A stretch of DNA of 63,513 nucleotides, counting the filler, from Platydemus manokwari (taxonomy: Eukaryota): the NCBI GenBank assembly GCA_037951405.1. It is 5 parts of 5 records of this genome, joined end to end, with 100 filler letters (N's around TTAATTAATTAA, not from the genome) between each part and the next. Parts side by side here need not be neighbours in the genome. Positions count along the whole stretch, not along the records: positions 38,289 to 49,989 come from JBBMOY010456667.1; positions 50,090 to 63,513 come from JBBMOY011734731.1; 3 more parts are not named here. The stretch is one strand, 5' to 3'. The notes below the pieces were generated by a model, which ran no database searches, was not told the DNA's origin, and saw only the letters and a list, made by a program, of their open reading frames with translations. Position 1 is the stretch's first letter, and every line of letters begins with the position of its first letter. The translations under genes were made by a program, and so were the position numbers. Positions 38,289 through 51,675 of the stretch are shown here, piece after piece.

Positions 38289-38422
38289 TTTTAATATTCA
38301 TTATTTATTGATTATTATTATCATTATTATTATTATTATCTTTCATTACATTGTTATTTAATCTAATTATCAATTCTATTTTTTGAAACTATTATCGGAA
38401 ATTTAATAAATTAAAATTCTAG

Positions 38423-41145
38423 GCGAATGAACAATGAAATTAAAGATGAGCTGAAAACCTTTCTAAATAAACAATCGAACCTTCCGAAAACCAAGTGTTT
38501 GGATTGCTCGAACGATTTGGTTTCATTTCAAGGCTGCCAGAGATGCGAGAGGAATGTTTGTTTAAGATGCTGTCGAGAATTCGGATCTCACAGAGTGATG
38601 CTTTGCAAAATTTGTTATGGCGAAATGTAAATATTAATTAAAAAATTAAATCAATAATAAAAATATTATTATTATTATTATTATTATTAGTTATCATTAT
38701 ATCGATAAAATTTCTATTTTATTTAAACAATAGTTGAATGATAAATGTTGATGAATTGTTGTCATCATCCAGCTTTGTTATCATCCAGTCCAATAACAAA
38801 TCTATCAAAGCTTAACCGATTCTTATTGTAGAATATCAGTAGAATATTTGTATCGCACTGACCTGAATTGATTGAGATGGATCTGTTTACATTCAGTGTG
38901 TGCTTGTGTGCCTAGTATGAGCAAGAATGCATACGTGTGTGTGTGTGTCTACATCCGTTTGTGTTTTGTCATTTTATTGAAGTTGCAGTTCCATTACTGG
39001 TGCGAACATTAGAATAGAACGGAATGAATATATAATTCATTTTCTATACTTTCATTTAAATTCAAAATCAATTAATCGATATTTGTATTTATATAATGAA
39101 AATGCTTGTAATAAACAAGCGTCATTGTCGTTTATCCTGTCCTGAAATCTACGCCGCGTAATCACATGAATATCAAAAGCTTTTCTGGAGAAAATTGTTT
39201 TTGGCCTTGAAATAACAATTCATTATGTAACGATTTTTGTTTTAATTATCTGAAAAATTTCACTACCGTATCGTTACATGAAAATATTTTCTGTCAGTCA
39301 GTTCAATTTTTGTACCCTTTGGTTTTTCTAATGTCGATTACAGAAGAATTTCGCTCAAACAAATAACCCTTCCCATCTTGGAATTCCTGTTTAGATATTT
39401 AACATGCATATCTGCACAGTAGTAACCACGTAATCAGCTACCAATTAGAGAATGTATATTTCATTCTGACAGATCAGGATTGGTCAATTTTAATTGACAT
39501 AAATCGATAACCTGAATCGAAACCATGGAAATGGTAACATCGAATTCAAGTTGAGCATATTAGCACAAGTTAACTCTTGACAATAAATCTAGCAACTTGT
39601 ACATCTTATCGACGAAAGAAAGCAGAGGGGAAATGCTATTTTTTGTGTTTTTATTGTGAATATGCTGAATAGCATTTGTAATTTTAGTCAATAAATAATT
39701 GTCATCAACAATAACTACACCAACTGCATTCATTATCGGAACATACATTATTGTTATTACAGAAAGTTATTATTGATGATTTATTTCTTTATCTTTCCAG
39801 TTGAACGTGTTGAATTAGCCACAAACAATTCGTCCTACAGCATTTATGTCATTCCCATAATAGAAAATATAATCCTAATAATCTAGGAATTTTTAGATAG
39901 AAGAAAACCTCTAAACATCATTAATAGACATTAATCCGTTGTACCTATGAGTTCTCTTTCACCATTTGTTAAAATAACCTAATGAGATCATCCTAGTTTT
40001 TCTGTTACCTAATTGAGAACTTATTTTTGCTATTTATTATTTACTGAATTGGTGCTATGTATGTATTGATTTATTTTGTTTTATATAGGATAATTGAAGC
40101 AAAGTCCGGTAAATGGTTCTCATACAAAACTGCGGGAATGAAATCCTGCGATCGTTTTGAAAATGGTAAATTTTTTCATTATGTTATTGATATTGTGATT
40201 TTTTGTATTTAACAATTTTAAGCCGAAACTGTAACTCAATATGTGGCAATAAAATGATATTGCCGAGGCCCAAAAGAATTGAAAGATGCGATAATTGTTG
40301 CAATAAATCATACCAAAATTCAACAAAAACTCCATAAATCAATATAAAAACGAACGACATAAAACTCGACTTCCAACTGGCAGTCGTTGTCAAGAACAGA
40401 CACTTTTAACAATGTCCCCGCACGCATTAAATTGATTGATTTAAACAAATTGCTCTAGAATATACTATTAATTNNNNNNNNNNNNNNNNNNNNNNNNNNN
40501 NNNNNNNNNNNNNNNNNNNNNNNNNNNNNNNNNNNNNNNNNNNNNNNNNNNNNNNNNNNNNNNNNNNNNNNNNNNNNNNNNNNNNNNNNNNNNNNNNNNN
40601 NNNNNNNNNNNNNNNNNCAAAGAATATTTATTTAGAATTTTTTATTGTTTTTGAAAAGTTTATTTTTACATACTCGACCATATGGATCTAAACTGCCATA
40701 TAAAGTCTCTTCTATCAAACCACATTAGACCCTTCTCTATGCGTTATTCGATTATTTTACTATTCCATGAAATCTATTTTTGATGAAAAATGAAGTCGAA
40801 TAATTATTTAATATTTTAGAAACCAAATCTGATGGAATCGTGGCTTATCTCTTACCGAAAGAAGAGCGATCTGTTCCAGTGAACAGTGACAACGCCACCT
40901 ATCAAACTTTGATAGAAAATATCTCTAGTAAGATAAATTCGATTGGTATCGAGATTGAAAATTTAACGAAAACCCGGTCGGGGCCAAAGAAAACTTACGG
41001 CAAAGTCACTGAACTTAATCAAAAGGACAAAATTCCACCACCATCGGAAAAAGGACGTAAAAAAATTGATACACACTATGAAACGAACATGAAAATATTG
41101 GTCGATAAGCTGATGGAGCTTGACAATGAATATAAAACAAAATGA
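38423..41145 (+). CDS. Rab27/Rab3 effector with Slp homology domain and no C2 domains (Noc2/Slac2-like), 5'-partial; exons 38423-38626, 40089-40165, 40820-41145
   Basis: FYVE-type zinc finger CLDC..GCQRC..VCLRC..LCKIC. The next exon supplies IIEAKSGKWFSY, the SGAWFF-type SHD2 motif. All junctions are GT-AG and phase-consistent, and the last exon ends in a stop at 41145. Confidence 0.82.
40182..40680 (+). mobile_element. LTR-like repeat, family B, in an intron of the Rab-effector gene (contains N gap 40474-40617)
   Basis: Colinear with 20350-20626; probable TG...CA ends; no clear TSD. Confidence 0.65.
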
Positions 41146-43663
41146 TCCGGACTGAAATAGAATAAAATATTATATGATATCATTTATTTACATATCCTGA
41201 TTCATATGTTCTACTTTCGATTTTCCATCATATCTGCTTAGGCTTTTTTTATATTAGACGATATTGGACGATAATAAATATTTGTTTTACTGTGTTCGAT
41301 TTTCACCGATAGCATTTAGCAAATATCTATGGTCGAGAAATTTTTAAAAATCCAAATTCTGGTAAATGCATTCTGAGTTAAAGTGGATTTGTGTATAACT
41401 CGACCTCTCTTTTACCTTGTGATTAAAATTATATATTTATGAATTCCTTAGAAATACTGGATATAACAACTCTAATCCCATGGAATCAAGTGATGTCTTT
41501 TAGAATATCAGTTTTTACCTTGTAACTACCGTTTCATTCCATTTTCAAATGTTAGCAAGAATAATTGTTTAGGAGATGATGTTATTTTTGCTAAATAATA
41601 TAACCAAGACGTTCATTTTTCAGATATAAAATTAAATTAAAACTTTTATAACACTCCAACTCACTGATGCGTAATTTCGAATCCAGAACGAATTTTCTTT
41701 TCAAAGATCTTAATCTATAGGTACCGATTTAAAATTAAATAACATTCAATATTATTCAAAGATGAAGTGAGAGAATTCGATTCGTGAACTCTTTCAGATA
41801 GCTAAAACCTTTTTAAAGGAAATTATTCTGTGAAACGTGTGCTAAAAAACCGATCCTAAGACATATATCAGCAAATAATGAATTACAGTTTATGGAGTTA
41901 CTCGAGAAAGCCATACCAAAAATTTACCAAGAAGAAGATTTTCTAAAATGAAAATATTTGATGAAAATGAGTAGTGGTGATATGGTTTATTTATTTATTT
42001 TTCTAGCAGACTTTATAACCTGCAAACCAGATTCGTATTATTAAAATAGAAGTGTAAATGAGATAATATAATATCACCAGACTGTTGATTTATTAATCCT
42101 CTTCAAGATTGTTGGTAGATTGCTTATTTCAGGGATATTTAAGCCAGTTGGAATTTGATACTGGGTCGAGAACTGCACATGGATAAAGATTTACAGTGTC
42201 TCGTTCAAATTAGAAATTCATCTCGAGATGAAAGTGTTGAAAAAAAAATATTGTAAATCTCATTGATATCTGTTTGATGAATTTATGACGTGATATCTGG
42301 TCTCAAAACCAATTATGTTGCATTAATTGATAAAGTTTTTAAGTCTTTAGTCAATCCACAGATTCCTTCCAACAAACGACTGATGGTTTTACAAAAACTC
42401 TTTGATTTGGTGAGATTAATTTGATATTCTAATGCAAACTGATTTGCCTGGAATAGGAAAAGTAAGAAGCAAAAAAATAAATAAAAGAATCAAACACAAA
42501 TCATCTGGTACATGATTAGTTAAATATGTTACTAAAAATAGATATGGTAGATGGGAAATGTATTATAATAGAGGAATACATAGGATAAGGTTTTTAGATT
42601 TTCTGGAAATTGGTAACTATGGTAACTAATTTAGGAAATGATAATCACAACACACGAAACATTGCTTGAATAGACTATTAAGCGACAACAAAATGATGAC
42701 CAGTTACAGTGAGGAATGAGATTTTCTGATTCTGACAATCATGTTCATGTCTGGTTGGATTAAAAGCACAGATTTGAAGATTTTATCTGTGTTTCGATAG
42801 TGATAATTGGAACATGAAGTAATAAAATAATCATTTCGTTCCAGCAATCAAATAATTGGAAATTTTCCGTGATATTATCTCAAATTTGGCAAGCAGTATT
42901 TGAGTAAATTGTTCGAAATGGGTGAGTTTTCAAGGCGAAAAAAGAGTCACTACTAGCAATAATTGGATTAGTATTGAATTAAATCATATCGATAAAATAT
43001 CAGTACACGGAAAATAAAGGTCTTGTTTGACAATACAATGAAATATAATTATCAGGAGAGTATTTGGAATAAAAAGTCGAATTAAAACAAATCAAGGTTT
43101 TTCTCGGTTTTGAAGTTATTTTGTGCTTCAAACTGAACCGAATAATTTTTCAATAGGAATTCCGTATTCTTTGGACTCTGTTATTTTTCCACTTTTATAA
43201 TTTCCTTGTTTTTTATCATCGAATTGATGATGGGGATCATTGGAATATTTTTAGATCCAATGAACTATTTGAAAATAAAATGGAATCACCATGCTTAGGA
43301 ATTTTAATCTGCTAGAAATCACTACTTTAATCCAATTGTAAATCACTTATTCTATTGAAGTTTTCTACACTCATATGGAAACGCACCCGGAAATCATTAG
43401 CTTATTTCCTTATATTTTGTTTTATACACACGTGGTTTTTCGTAGACGACATTGAAAACCAACAATATTCGTACTGATTCGAAATGGATATCCAATGACT
43501 ATTCCAAGAACGATCAAACCGACTCAATTTATGCTTTGAACAAGAAATTACGGACAATATCGATTTTATTTTTAAAATTAAAAAATAATAATAAAATTTT
43601 TTTAAAAAATAATTTGTTTTAATATTTGTTGGGACCCTAGCGTAATTTTTGAGTCAAAGACAA

Positions 43664-44414
43664 ATGAGACAAGACATGAATTTTCAATATAATAATGTAT
43701 CTTATCCATCCGATGATCCCGATATGGATCTATATAGAATTCCTTTTAATCCAGACGATTTGATAAATAATGCTGACGGTGATTATTATCTAGGATATAA
43801 TTTCGAATCCAATTACATATCCCAGCCATATGAATCACAAAATGACAACATTCATATAAAAAGTGAAATGCTCGATAAGGATGCAATGTTTTTTCAAACC
43901 AATAACAGGACTTCCAATCTTACATCGAAGGTCACCAAACCACCGCACATGAGTGACGAAGATTTCCAGCTCATGTTAGCCGGTTTGAAAGATTACCAAT
44001 GCGGCAAGAGAGGTCGTCCAAGGAAAAATAAAGACGACAATCTATTAAATAAAACAAAAAAGACCATCAGCCCATCTTTGGAAAAACGAAAGCGAGGACG
44101 TCCGAAAAAATCCGAAATCAATACTGGTACGAATAGGTTACTCTAAACTCATTTGTTGATTTAAGAACATTTCAGATCCCGTCAAACGTGAGAGCATGGC
44201 GAGTTATTCGTTAAACAATCAGGAAAATTACCAACCGATCATTTGCAAGGTCGAATCGCTTAGAGACCCAATCGATCTCGAAGATTATGCCTTGCAAGGT
44301 AATAATTTTGATGGTGATTTTCTGATAAATAATTCATATCGAATTCCAGTTTTGCTGGAAGATAATGAAAGCGGTTTGAAAAAGAAAATTCGTCGAAAAC
44401 AATCAGATCATTGA
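43664..44414 (+). CDS. AT-hook protein; exons 43664-44126 and 44176-44414
   Basis: Two AT-hooks (GKRGRPRK, KRKRGRPKK). A 49-nt phase-1 intron (ACTG|GTACG...TTTCAG|ATCCC) joins the two listed ORFs in frame. Confidence 0.82.
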
Positions 44415-46505
44415 TTTCTCTCGCTAATGTCTCTTATAAGAAGATTTGTATTGATTTCATTTTAGTTTACAGTAGAAAAATAACATTCATTTTCACTGCG
44501 TTATGTAATTGCCAGCAGATAAATAAAAATTGTATATTTAATTATTTTTAGAATGTCAGCTATTGACAATTAATAGTAGTTAAGAAACATTTATTTTATT
44601 AATTTCGGTTTGGGTAAGTTTTTATTTCGAATTATGTACAACGAGCTCCAATTTTTGAATTATACTATTATTCAATGGTTTCAAACAAAAATCATTTTTT
44701 GTAATTTTATTTCATGACTGAACATTAGTCTTCTAAACGGTTTTTATTGTTGAAAATTTCGGTGGAAATCTTGTTAATGTTTTTTTTATAAAATCTATAT
44801 CCACCACAATTATGTATAATAAGGAGATTTGCATTGGTTCCGATTTTTTTCGGGTCAGTGATGCATTTTTTTACATTAAGATTTGTAAATTTTTAAGAAT
44901 ATTGATCACACAAGAAGTATTGCTTAAAATTGAAGGTTTTAAAACATGATTTTTGTTGTGGAAAAAGTATTGTTTTTTATGCAAAGGCATCATTGATAAT
45001 GGTCGAATAAACTTCCTACAGGATTATTGAATCAGATATACAGAATCATTAAAAAGATTTCGTCATTATTGATAAAATTGAAGACGAAGAAAACAGGGAT
45101 CGTCATTAAATATTTTTCATCTAATTATAAATTAAGTTGTTGTTTAGCAAAGCATTTTATTTAAAAGAACTGTTTGCCATTATGGGGGTATAATGATATC
45201 CCTTTTCAGTGGGAGAAGTGAAATACTTGCTTCTCCGTGAATTCCTTTCCGGTTATTGGTTTAACAAATGATTCCGATATTGTAGCTTGAAACAAGATCA
45301 TCGCAACCAGAAAACCACCGTAAAAAATTAAATGTGTGTACGTTGTTTCGTATTTTTATTCAATCAATTTTTAGTAACTTGAATTATTAAAATCGATTTA
45401 TTTTCCGGGTCTCATAAAAATATTTTAAAATTTTAATAAAGTAGTTTTTGGATGAAATCAAAATTAAATTTTTCAAGGAATTCTGAGTGAACTGATTGGT
45501 TCAAATTGTTGAGTACAAATGTCATTCAATTGGGAATCAGTTCTAAATCGAAGTGATAGCAAAGATTCTAACTTAAGCAGGGCAGCTATAAGTACGAGTT
45601 TTATAATGAAAAGGAATCTATACTATGTTGAAATTAATATGATAACTTCCAACTTAACTGCTGGGCTTATAAAACAGTGTGAATATTTGGCATTTGTATA
45701 AACTCGCTTATAGCAACACAATAAATGGTCGGCCAATAGCCATAGAAATTTGTACTTACGTCATTTTCCGATAAAATCAAGCTAATAATTGTATTTCTAC
45801 TTTGTCGACTTTAATATTGAAGAAAAACGGTAGCCAATATATTTAAATTCGGTAAGATTTTATAAAAAGAAAATTAACTATTTAATAGTGTGGCACAATT
45901 ATTATTTTCGGAATTGGTCTAAGTTGTACCATTGTGAAAGTTTTAACCCAATATCGAGTATATTATTTACTTAAGTTTTATTAGATAAGAGCATTATGTC
46001 TTATTATTAAATTAGTATTTATCGATTAGATCAGATAATGACTTTTGAAATATTAATGTTAGTATTAAATATATAATTCGAATGTAAGATATCAACATAA
46101 ACAATCAAGCTAGAAATTTTGCTAACGTGATGAAAATCTGTAATGATAAATCTACTTTTCACACACAATCTATTTTTCTAAAATTGTTTTTGATTTCAAT
46201 ACAAATTAATTTTTTCCGTGGACTCATTAATTTTGAAGTATTTGAAAGTTTTTTCGATAATTTTACAAGTGACTAAAATCACCAAAAATTTGGTTTTTTA
46301 AACGATGTTTATTATGTGCATCTGTAGCAACACAAGAAGTTGATATCAATTATCTGTATCTTATGAAAAATAAACAAAACCTCTTCGCGAGTAGGGTAGC
46401 ATTCATTCTATATAAATAAAATTTACTTGAGCTCATAATGAAAATTGATTCTGAATAAAAAGTTAAACTAATTACAAAATGATAGCCAAATTTGCCAAAA
46501 GTAAA

Positions 46506-47025
46506 TGTTGATAATCAAATGTTAGCTTCAATGCTCAAATGTACAAGTAAAATTAACAGCCAATCAGATGCTTTATACATATCAATCCAAATTATGAACT
46601 CTAAAATCAATTGACGCACACCAACAGCAAGTAACACATCGAGATCCGCCAATGTCACCAGAGATACAAGAAATTTTGTTGACAAACAGACGTGCAAAAG
46701 GCGCTATCAATGAAAAGTAAAGTTTTGAGTCATCAAGTAAACACACATGATATGCCCTTAAAAGGAGTTGGATCTTAAGAGCATCTGCCAGTCTTTCTTG
46801 TTCGGTGACTTCGTGACTTTTATGTGATTTTCTAGCAACTAATCTTTATGGTTGTTATCTTTGTTTCTGTTTAACTTTTTGGTGCTTATTCCGTTGTGCA
46901 TTGATCACTAATATGTCTTTTGAGTGTGATTTTGGACCGTGATTGTTGGACGATTTAGGTTTCTGAAAATTATTGTTATTGTTGATTATAATTTTACATT
47001 CAAGGTTATTAGTTCTATAAACACA
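46506..47025 (+). mobile_element. diverged solo-LTR-like copy, family A-related
   Basis: CCAATCAGAT, CTGCCAGTCTTTCTTGTTCGGTGACTT and ATGTGATTTTCTAGCAA.TAATCTTT occur in the same order as in 56445-57042. Confidence 0.6.
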
Positions 47026-47775
47026 CTCGATTTTCGCACGTGCTAATAGGCAATCAGATGTCTCCAAAATGCCAATAGAATTCTATCATCAATGTGATTC
47101 ACATTAACAAAACCCAATTAACGCTAAGATAAGCCAATAGCTTAGGAGTTAGAAGAGAACCTACTGACAGACAGTGAATAGGAAAAATTAAGCCACAAAA
47201 GTTCATAAAAGTAGTAATATCTTGGAAGGAAAGGCAATTTGTGTCTGTCTTACTATCTTGCGTGATTATTCTAAAGATCAGTTTTTTAAGGTATTTGGTT
47301 CTGTTTCTATTCTACCATTTGGAATTCCATCCCGTTATGAACTGATTTACCATTTCAGGTGCGATTTTATGTCCTGATTATTTAGCAATTTCGTTGAAGG
47401 TGTAGAATTGTGATCGATAATTATAATTTTTGATATTCAGCTTTAGTAAACACGCGTAATTTTCATCACATGGCTTCAACTCAAAATGTTCTTCATTAAC
47501 ATTTGTATTGTCCTTGTTTTTAAATTTTTGGTTTGTGTTTTTATACTGTTAGTAAATTCGATTAGAAAAATATTAAAATTTCAATACAGCGATCACATGA
47601 CTTAGTTCATTAATGATGACAAATTGAAAAATTAATGAAAAATTATTAAATTAAAAGTTAATTAAATGTAATAATTAATAAGCATGTAATTTATAAGTAA
47701 GAAAACTGATCGTATAGATAGATAATTAAACAAATTGATGATTGATTTATTGATTAACGTCAAACAAATCTATAA

Positions 47776-49764
47776 ATGGAATTGTATGATACGGAAATGT
47801 TAGTTCTTAATCTATTCTTTAAAACAATAATTTGAAATTAACCAGACCAATTATTTATGTAATAATAATTATTATTATTTAATGGTTAATAATACCAATA
47901 TTGTTTGAAAGTTATTATTGGAACAGATTGAAACGAGAAAAGACAATCAAAATCTCTGAAACTGTCAAGCGTGCTGTGATCCATGTGAATATGTGGATAG
48001 CATCGATCGAACAGTCTTTCAACTCGATTTCCAATAATCGGAATCCTGATAGCCATTGTTCTTTAATTGAAATTTACAAGAAATTGAGTTTCCATCACGA
48101 CAGATTGTCGAGAATTGTGGAAATTTGTTTCGATTTGTCAAATAAAAACTCCGAAGTGGAAGAAATGGATGCGATCAATGAATATATCGTATTCATTACG
48201 GAACGATTTGAAAGGCTTTACAAGTTGGTTGAATCGACCGCGAAAGCCAATATGGTGGAAAGTGTGAATGGAAAATGTAGTTTTATTCAAACCAAAATCA
48301 AGACGTATCACAGCATTGTCCAGTCGTTCTTTAAATTGTTCAATTCGGATATGAAAACAGTTCTTGTCAATCATTTTATCAAAGATCAGTTACGAGTAGA
48401 CTTTATTTTAATTTTAATTGTGTGGGTATATTTTGCCATATATTAGAACAGAGGTGGCCAACTTTTGTGTACTTAAGATCGACTTTTTATTTGAATAGCA
48501 TCTCACGCGATAGACTAAAATTGGCTTCAAGATCAACCACCCCAAGTTGGCCACCCCTGTATTAGAAAATTAATATGAAAGCAGGACTACATTAGATATG
48601 CTGCATTCTCAAAAAAACCAAAATCCTTAAAATCGAATTACAAAAGAGACTCATTTTCTTATTTTGGTTGAACTCAGAATAATCTAAAGACGCTTCTTAT
48701 ATAAGATAAAAAAATTTCATCAAAATCATGAGGTTGACAAATATTTTTTGAATTTGAAAATGGTTTTTAGTATAACATATAACGAAACTTTTCTAGAAAG
48801 AATGACAGGTTGATAATTAAAAGAATTACTAAATGTTCCTTTTGCTCGTGGTAAATATTTTTAGATAAGGAGAATTTTAAATTTCGAGTAGGAAATGGCA
48901 CAATCTAGCTTTATTTTGACGAAATATTATATTCTTTTTTTAGCTTTTATCTATAAATATCCGTTAACCATTATCGTTTGATAAGAAACATGATTTAAAA
49001 TAATAAATAAACTTTCAAAGGAATTCAAAATGGCCTTTGATTGTCATCCTTTCATTCCTACTGCTGCCAACACAAATGTTGTTCAATTATCTGTAATCTC
49101 TTATTGAATAATGTGTTGTCAAATCTATATTTAGAGCTGCGTTGTGACATTTTATCAATACGAACTGAGCATTGAGAAAATCACCAAAACCATCAGCCAT
49201 ACATATGATAAATGTTATGAAGAATTTTCTTTTGAAATCGATTCATCAAAGAAATTTCTCCAAAATATTGACACAATAATCAACAAACAATGGTCTTTCA
49301 TTATTCAGCTTCTCAAACCCTTCAATTGTCATGTGCACGATATCACAAATGGAATTGATGAAATAGACAGATTTTGTCAACATTTCGATGGGTAAGATTT
49401 GAATATGATTGAATTTGGTTTCACTTTTGTACGTTGAGCTTAAGCTGAAGAGTGTGTCGATATAAATATGTAAACCGACCAATCAGAATCAATGAAATAA
49501 TTTGCAAATGAATCAATATATGTTGTTGTGTATTGGAATAGATTTTGCTATATTTTCGAGAACTGCTTTTGTTATCGAATAATATACGCCAATACATCCA
49601 ATTTTACATTCAGTTTTTATAATGATTTAGAAGTCTGAAATAATATATTAATTTTTGATAGATATTATGGCGAGGTTATACAATTTGCCAATATTTCAAA
49701 CGAATCTCAAAACAATGTCGGTGTTGCAGAGGACAATCTCTACCGATACAATCTAGTATCAGAG
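47776..49764 (+). CDS. uncharacterised helical protein, possibly spectrin-repeat-like; exons 47776-47798, 47927-48395, 49021-49092, 49135-49391, 49662-49764; 3' end open at the spacer
   Basis: Five exons with GT-AG junctions and consistent phases. NMWIASIE...HHDRLSRIVEICFDL...ITERFERL loosely follows the spectrin three-helix pattern. Coding status is solid; the family assignment is weak. Confidence 0.7.
48449..48559. mobile_element. 111-bp hAT-superfamily MITE
   Basis: 16-bp TIRs CAGAGGTGGCCAACTT / AAGTTGGCCACCCCTG (1 mismatch). Perfect 8-bp TSD TATTAGAA at 48441-48448 and 48560-48567. Confidence 0.93.
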
Positions 49765-49989
49765 GTGAGTCAAAATTTCATCATCATTTTCATGGTGAAA
49801 ATTTGTTTTCTTTTGTAATCTCGTTCATATATTTCTTACAATCTACTTATAATCTACTCATTCCAATCGATACGGCAGATTTAGATCTTAAGATAAATTT
49901 TTTAATATTGTGATCTACGGTTATTAATAATAACTCTTCTTATTAATAAACCTGTCAAGTTAATTATTAATTCCATTATTATTTCCATT

Positions 49990-50089
49990 NNNNNNNNNNN
50001 NNNNNNNNNNNNNNNNNNNNNNNNNNNNNNNNNTTAATTAATTAANNNNNNNNNNNNNNNNNNNNNNNNNNNNNNNNNNNNNNNNNNNN
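49990..50089. other. artificial assembly spacer N44-TTAATTAATTAA-N44
   Basis: Same structure as the other three spacers. Confidence 0.97.
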
Positions 50090-50184
50090 TATTTTGATTG
50101 AATTTCATTAAATAAATATTTTAAAAAATGTTTTTGTTTTTTAAAAAAAAGCCGGAATCATACTAACACACCTAATAATTTTAG

Positions 50185-51077
50185 ATGAAACGAATAGCCA
50201 AATAGAGATACCCGAACTTCCTTTGAATGCAGTAGATGAGGTCATATTGCACAAATCCCTTTCCTGTGATACTATAAATATTCAAGGACATGTTAAATAT
50301 TAATTTTGTGTTAATTTTGGACATTTGGCAAGAACATGCCTCTCAAATCGAAATAAATTTCAACAACCGATTTTCAAAAAAAAAGTTAATTTTCAGGATT
50401 CTTAAAATAGAGTAAGCTAAATTTCAAGAAAATAAAAAGAAATGGGAAATAGAATTATCGGTAATACGAGATAAAGTAAATCGTTGGATTGACAAACTCG
50501 TAATATATGAACTTCAAAACCTTATGATACATCTAATTTGCACATTACAAGAATTTTAGAAATATAATGTAAACCTTTCAAAGAAGAAGTCGAAAAAGGA
50601 AAATACTAGAAAATTAATTTGATGACTGTATAACCATTTTTGAGGAGAGCACGCCACAAGATTGAATTATTATAAACGATAGCAGTAAATTTTCGATTTG
50701 AAACGCTGCGAAAAGTGAATTATGTACAGTGGTATCATTTCAGATTTGGAGAAGTTATGCTGGGGATTTAGGCTTTTGGTAAGTTGTGACAAATATTTTA
50801 GATGCGGTAAAAAATGTAATGAAAAAGTTTTTATAGATTTTCTAGGAAAGTTTGTTAAATTGAAATTGTACTTATTTTCGAAATCTATTTATATATAAGT
50901 CATTTAGAAAACGCTCCATGATGACGATTATTTAATGAAATATTGGCCAGAAATGGATATTATGGTAAAAATTGAAAATATTTTTTTGGAAAAAGAGAAT
51001 CCTTTGACTACATTTTATTTTTATTAAAACAGGCATTATCAGAGGATCCAATTGATTTCAGAAAAAATATTATATAG
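50185..51077 (+). CDS. 3'-terminal small exons of an unknown gene (50185-50240, 50908-50964, 51033-51077), possibly the end of the 47776 gene
   Basis: Spliced reading ETNSQIEIPELPLNAVDE|KTLHDDDYLMKYWPEMDIM|ALSEDPIDFRKNII* with GT-AG junctions in phase. Confidence 0.55.
50283..50720 (+). pseudogene. decayed LTR-retrotransposon gag zinc knuckle and possible protease remnant (intronic)
   Basis: VKY*FCVNFGHLARTC is a mutated Cx2Cx4Hx4C knuckle; many stops follow. Confidence 0.5.
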
Positions 51078-51675
51078 TCGGAGAAAATAAGAGATAATAG
51101 ACTGTTTAAAAATTGGGATTTAATAACATAGTTGGCGTCGTATATACGTAATACCTGTTTTATATTATTATATTTTTTGTAATCACCGTGTTCATGTCAG
51201 TGTAACTATTGCTGATAATATTTCAATAGTAGGATTCATTTTTAACATTGTTTCGTTTTAACTTTTTAATAATTTTTACTTGATTAATAAAATAATTTCA
51301 TTATTTTAAAATGATATATTATATAGAGTCAAAAGCATTTTCAATTTGATTTTTCTTAATTTTGAATTTTACCATATTTTTCTAATTTTTCGTAATGCAT
51401 TTTTATTTCTCAAGGCTGTTTCACATTTAACAATTTATAAGTACTATAATGTTATTAATTGATAATTAATGATAATATTTTATTACTAATTCAAATTGAT
51501 ACTAAAGTTAGACTTCCGCGTGTAATTGAAAAACATTAGGATTTATTATTCAAGGAGGAGTGAAAAATAATCGAAATAAGCTCATTTTATATTCACAGAT
51601 TTAATTTTATTTAAAAAACATCAATGCTATATCATGGTTGTAGTTATAAAACAATATAATTATATTAATTTAAAA

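Noticed and set aside
47093-47470. TGTGAT...ATCACA-bounded segment as a solo LTR
   Set aside because: No TSD and no second copy in the window; plausible but unsupported.
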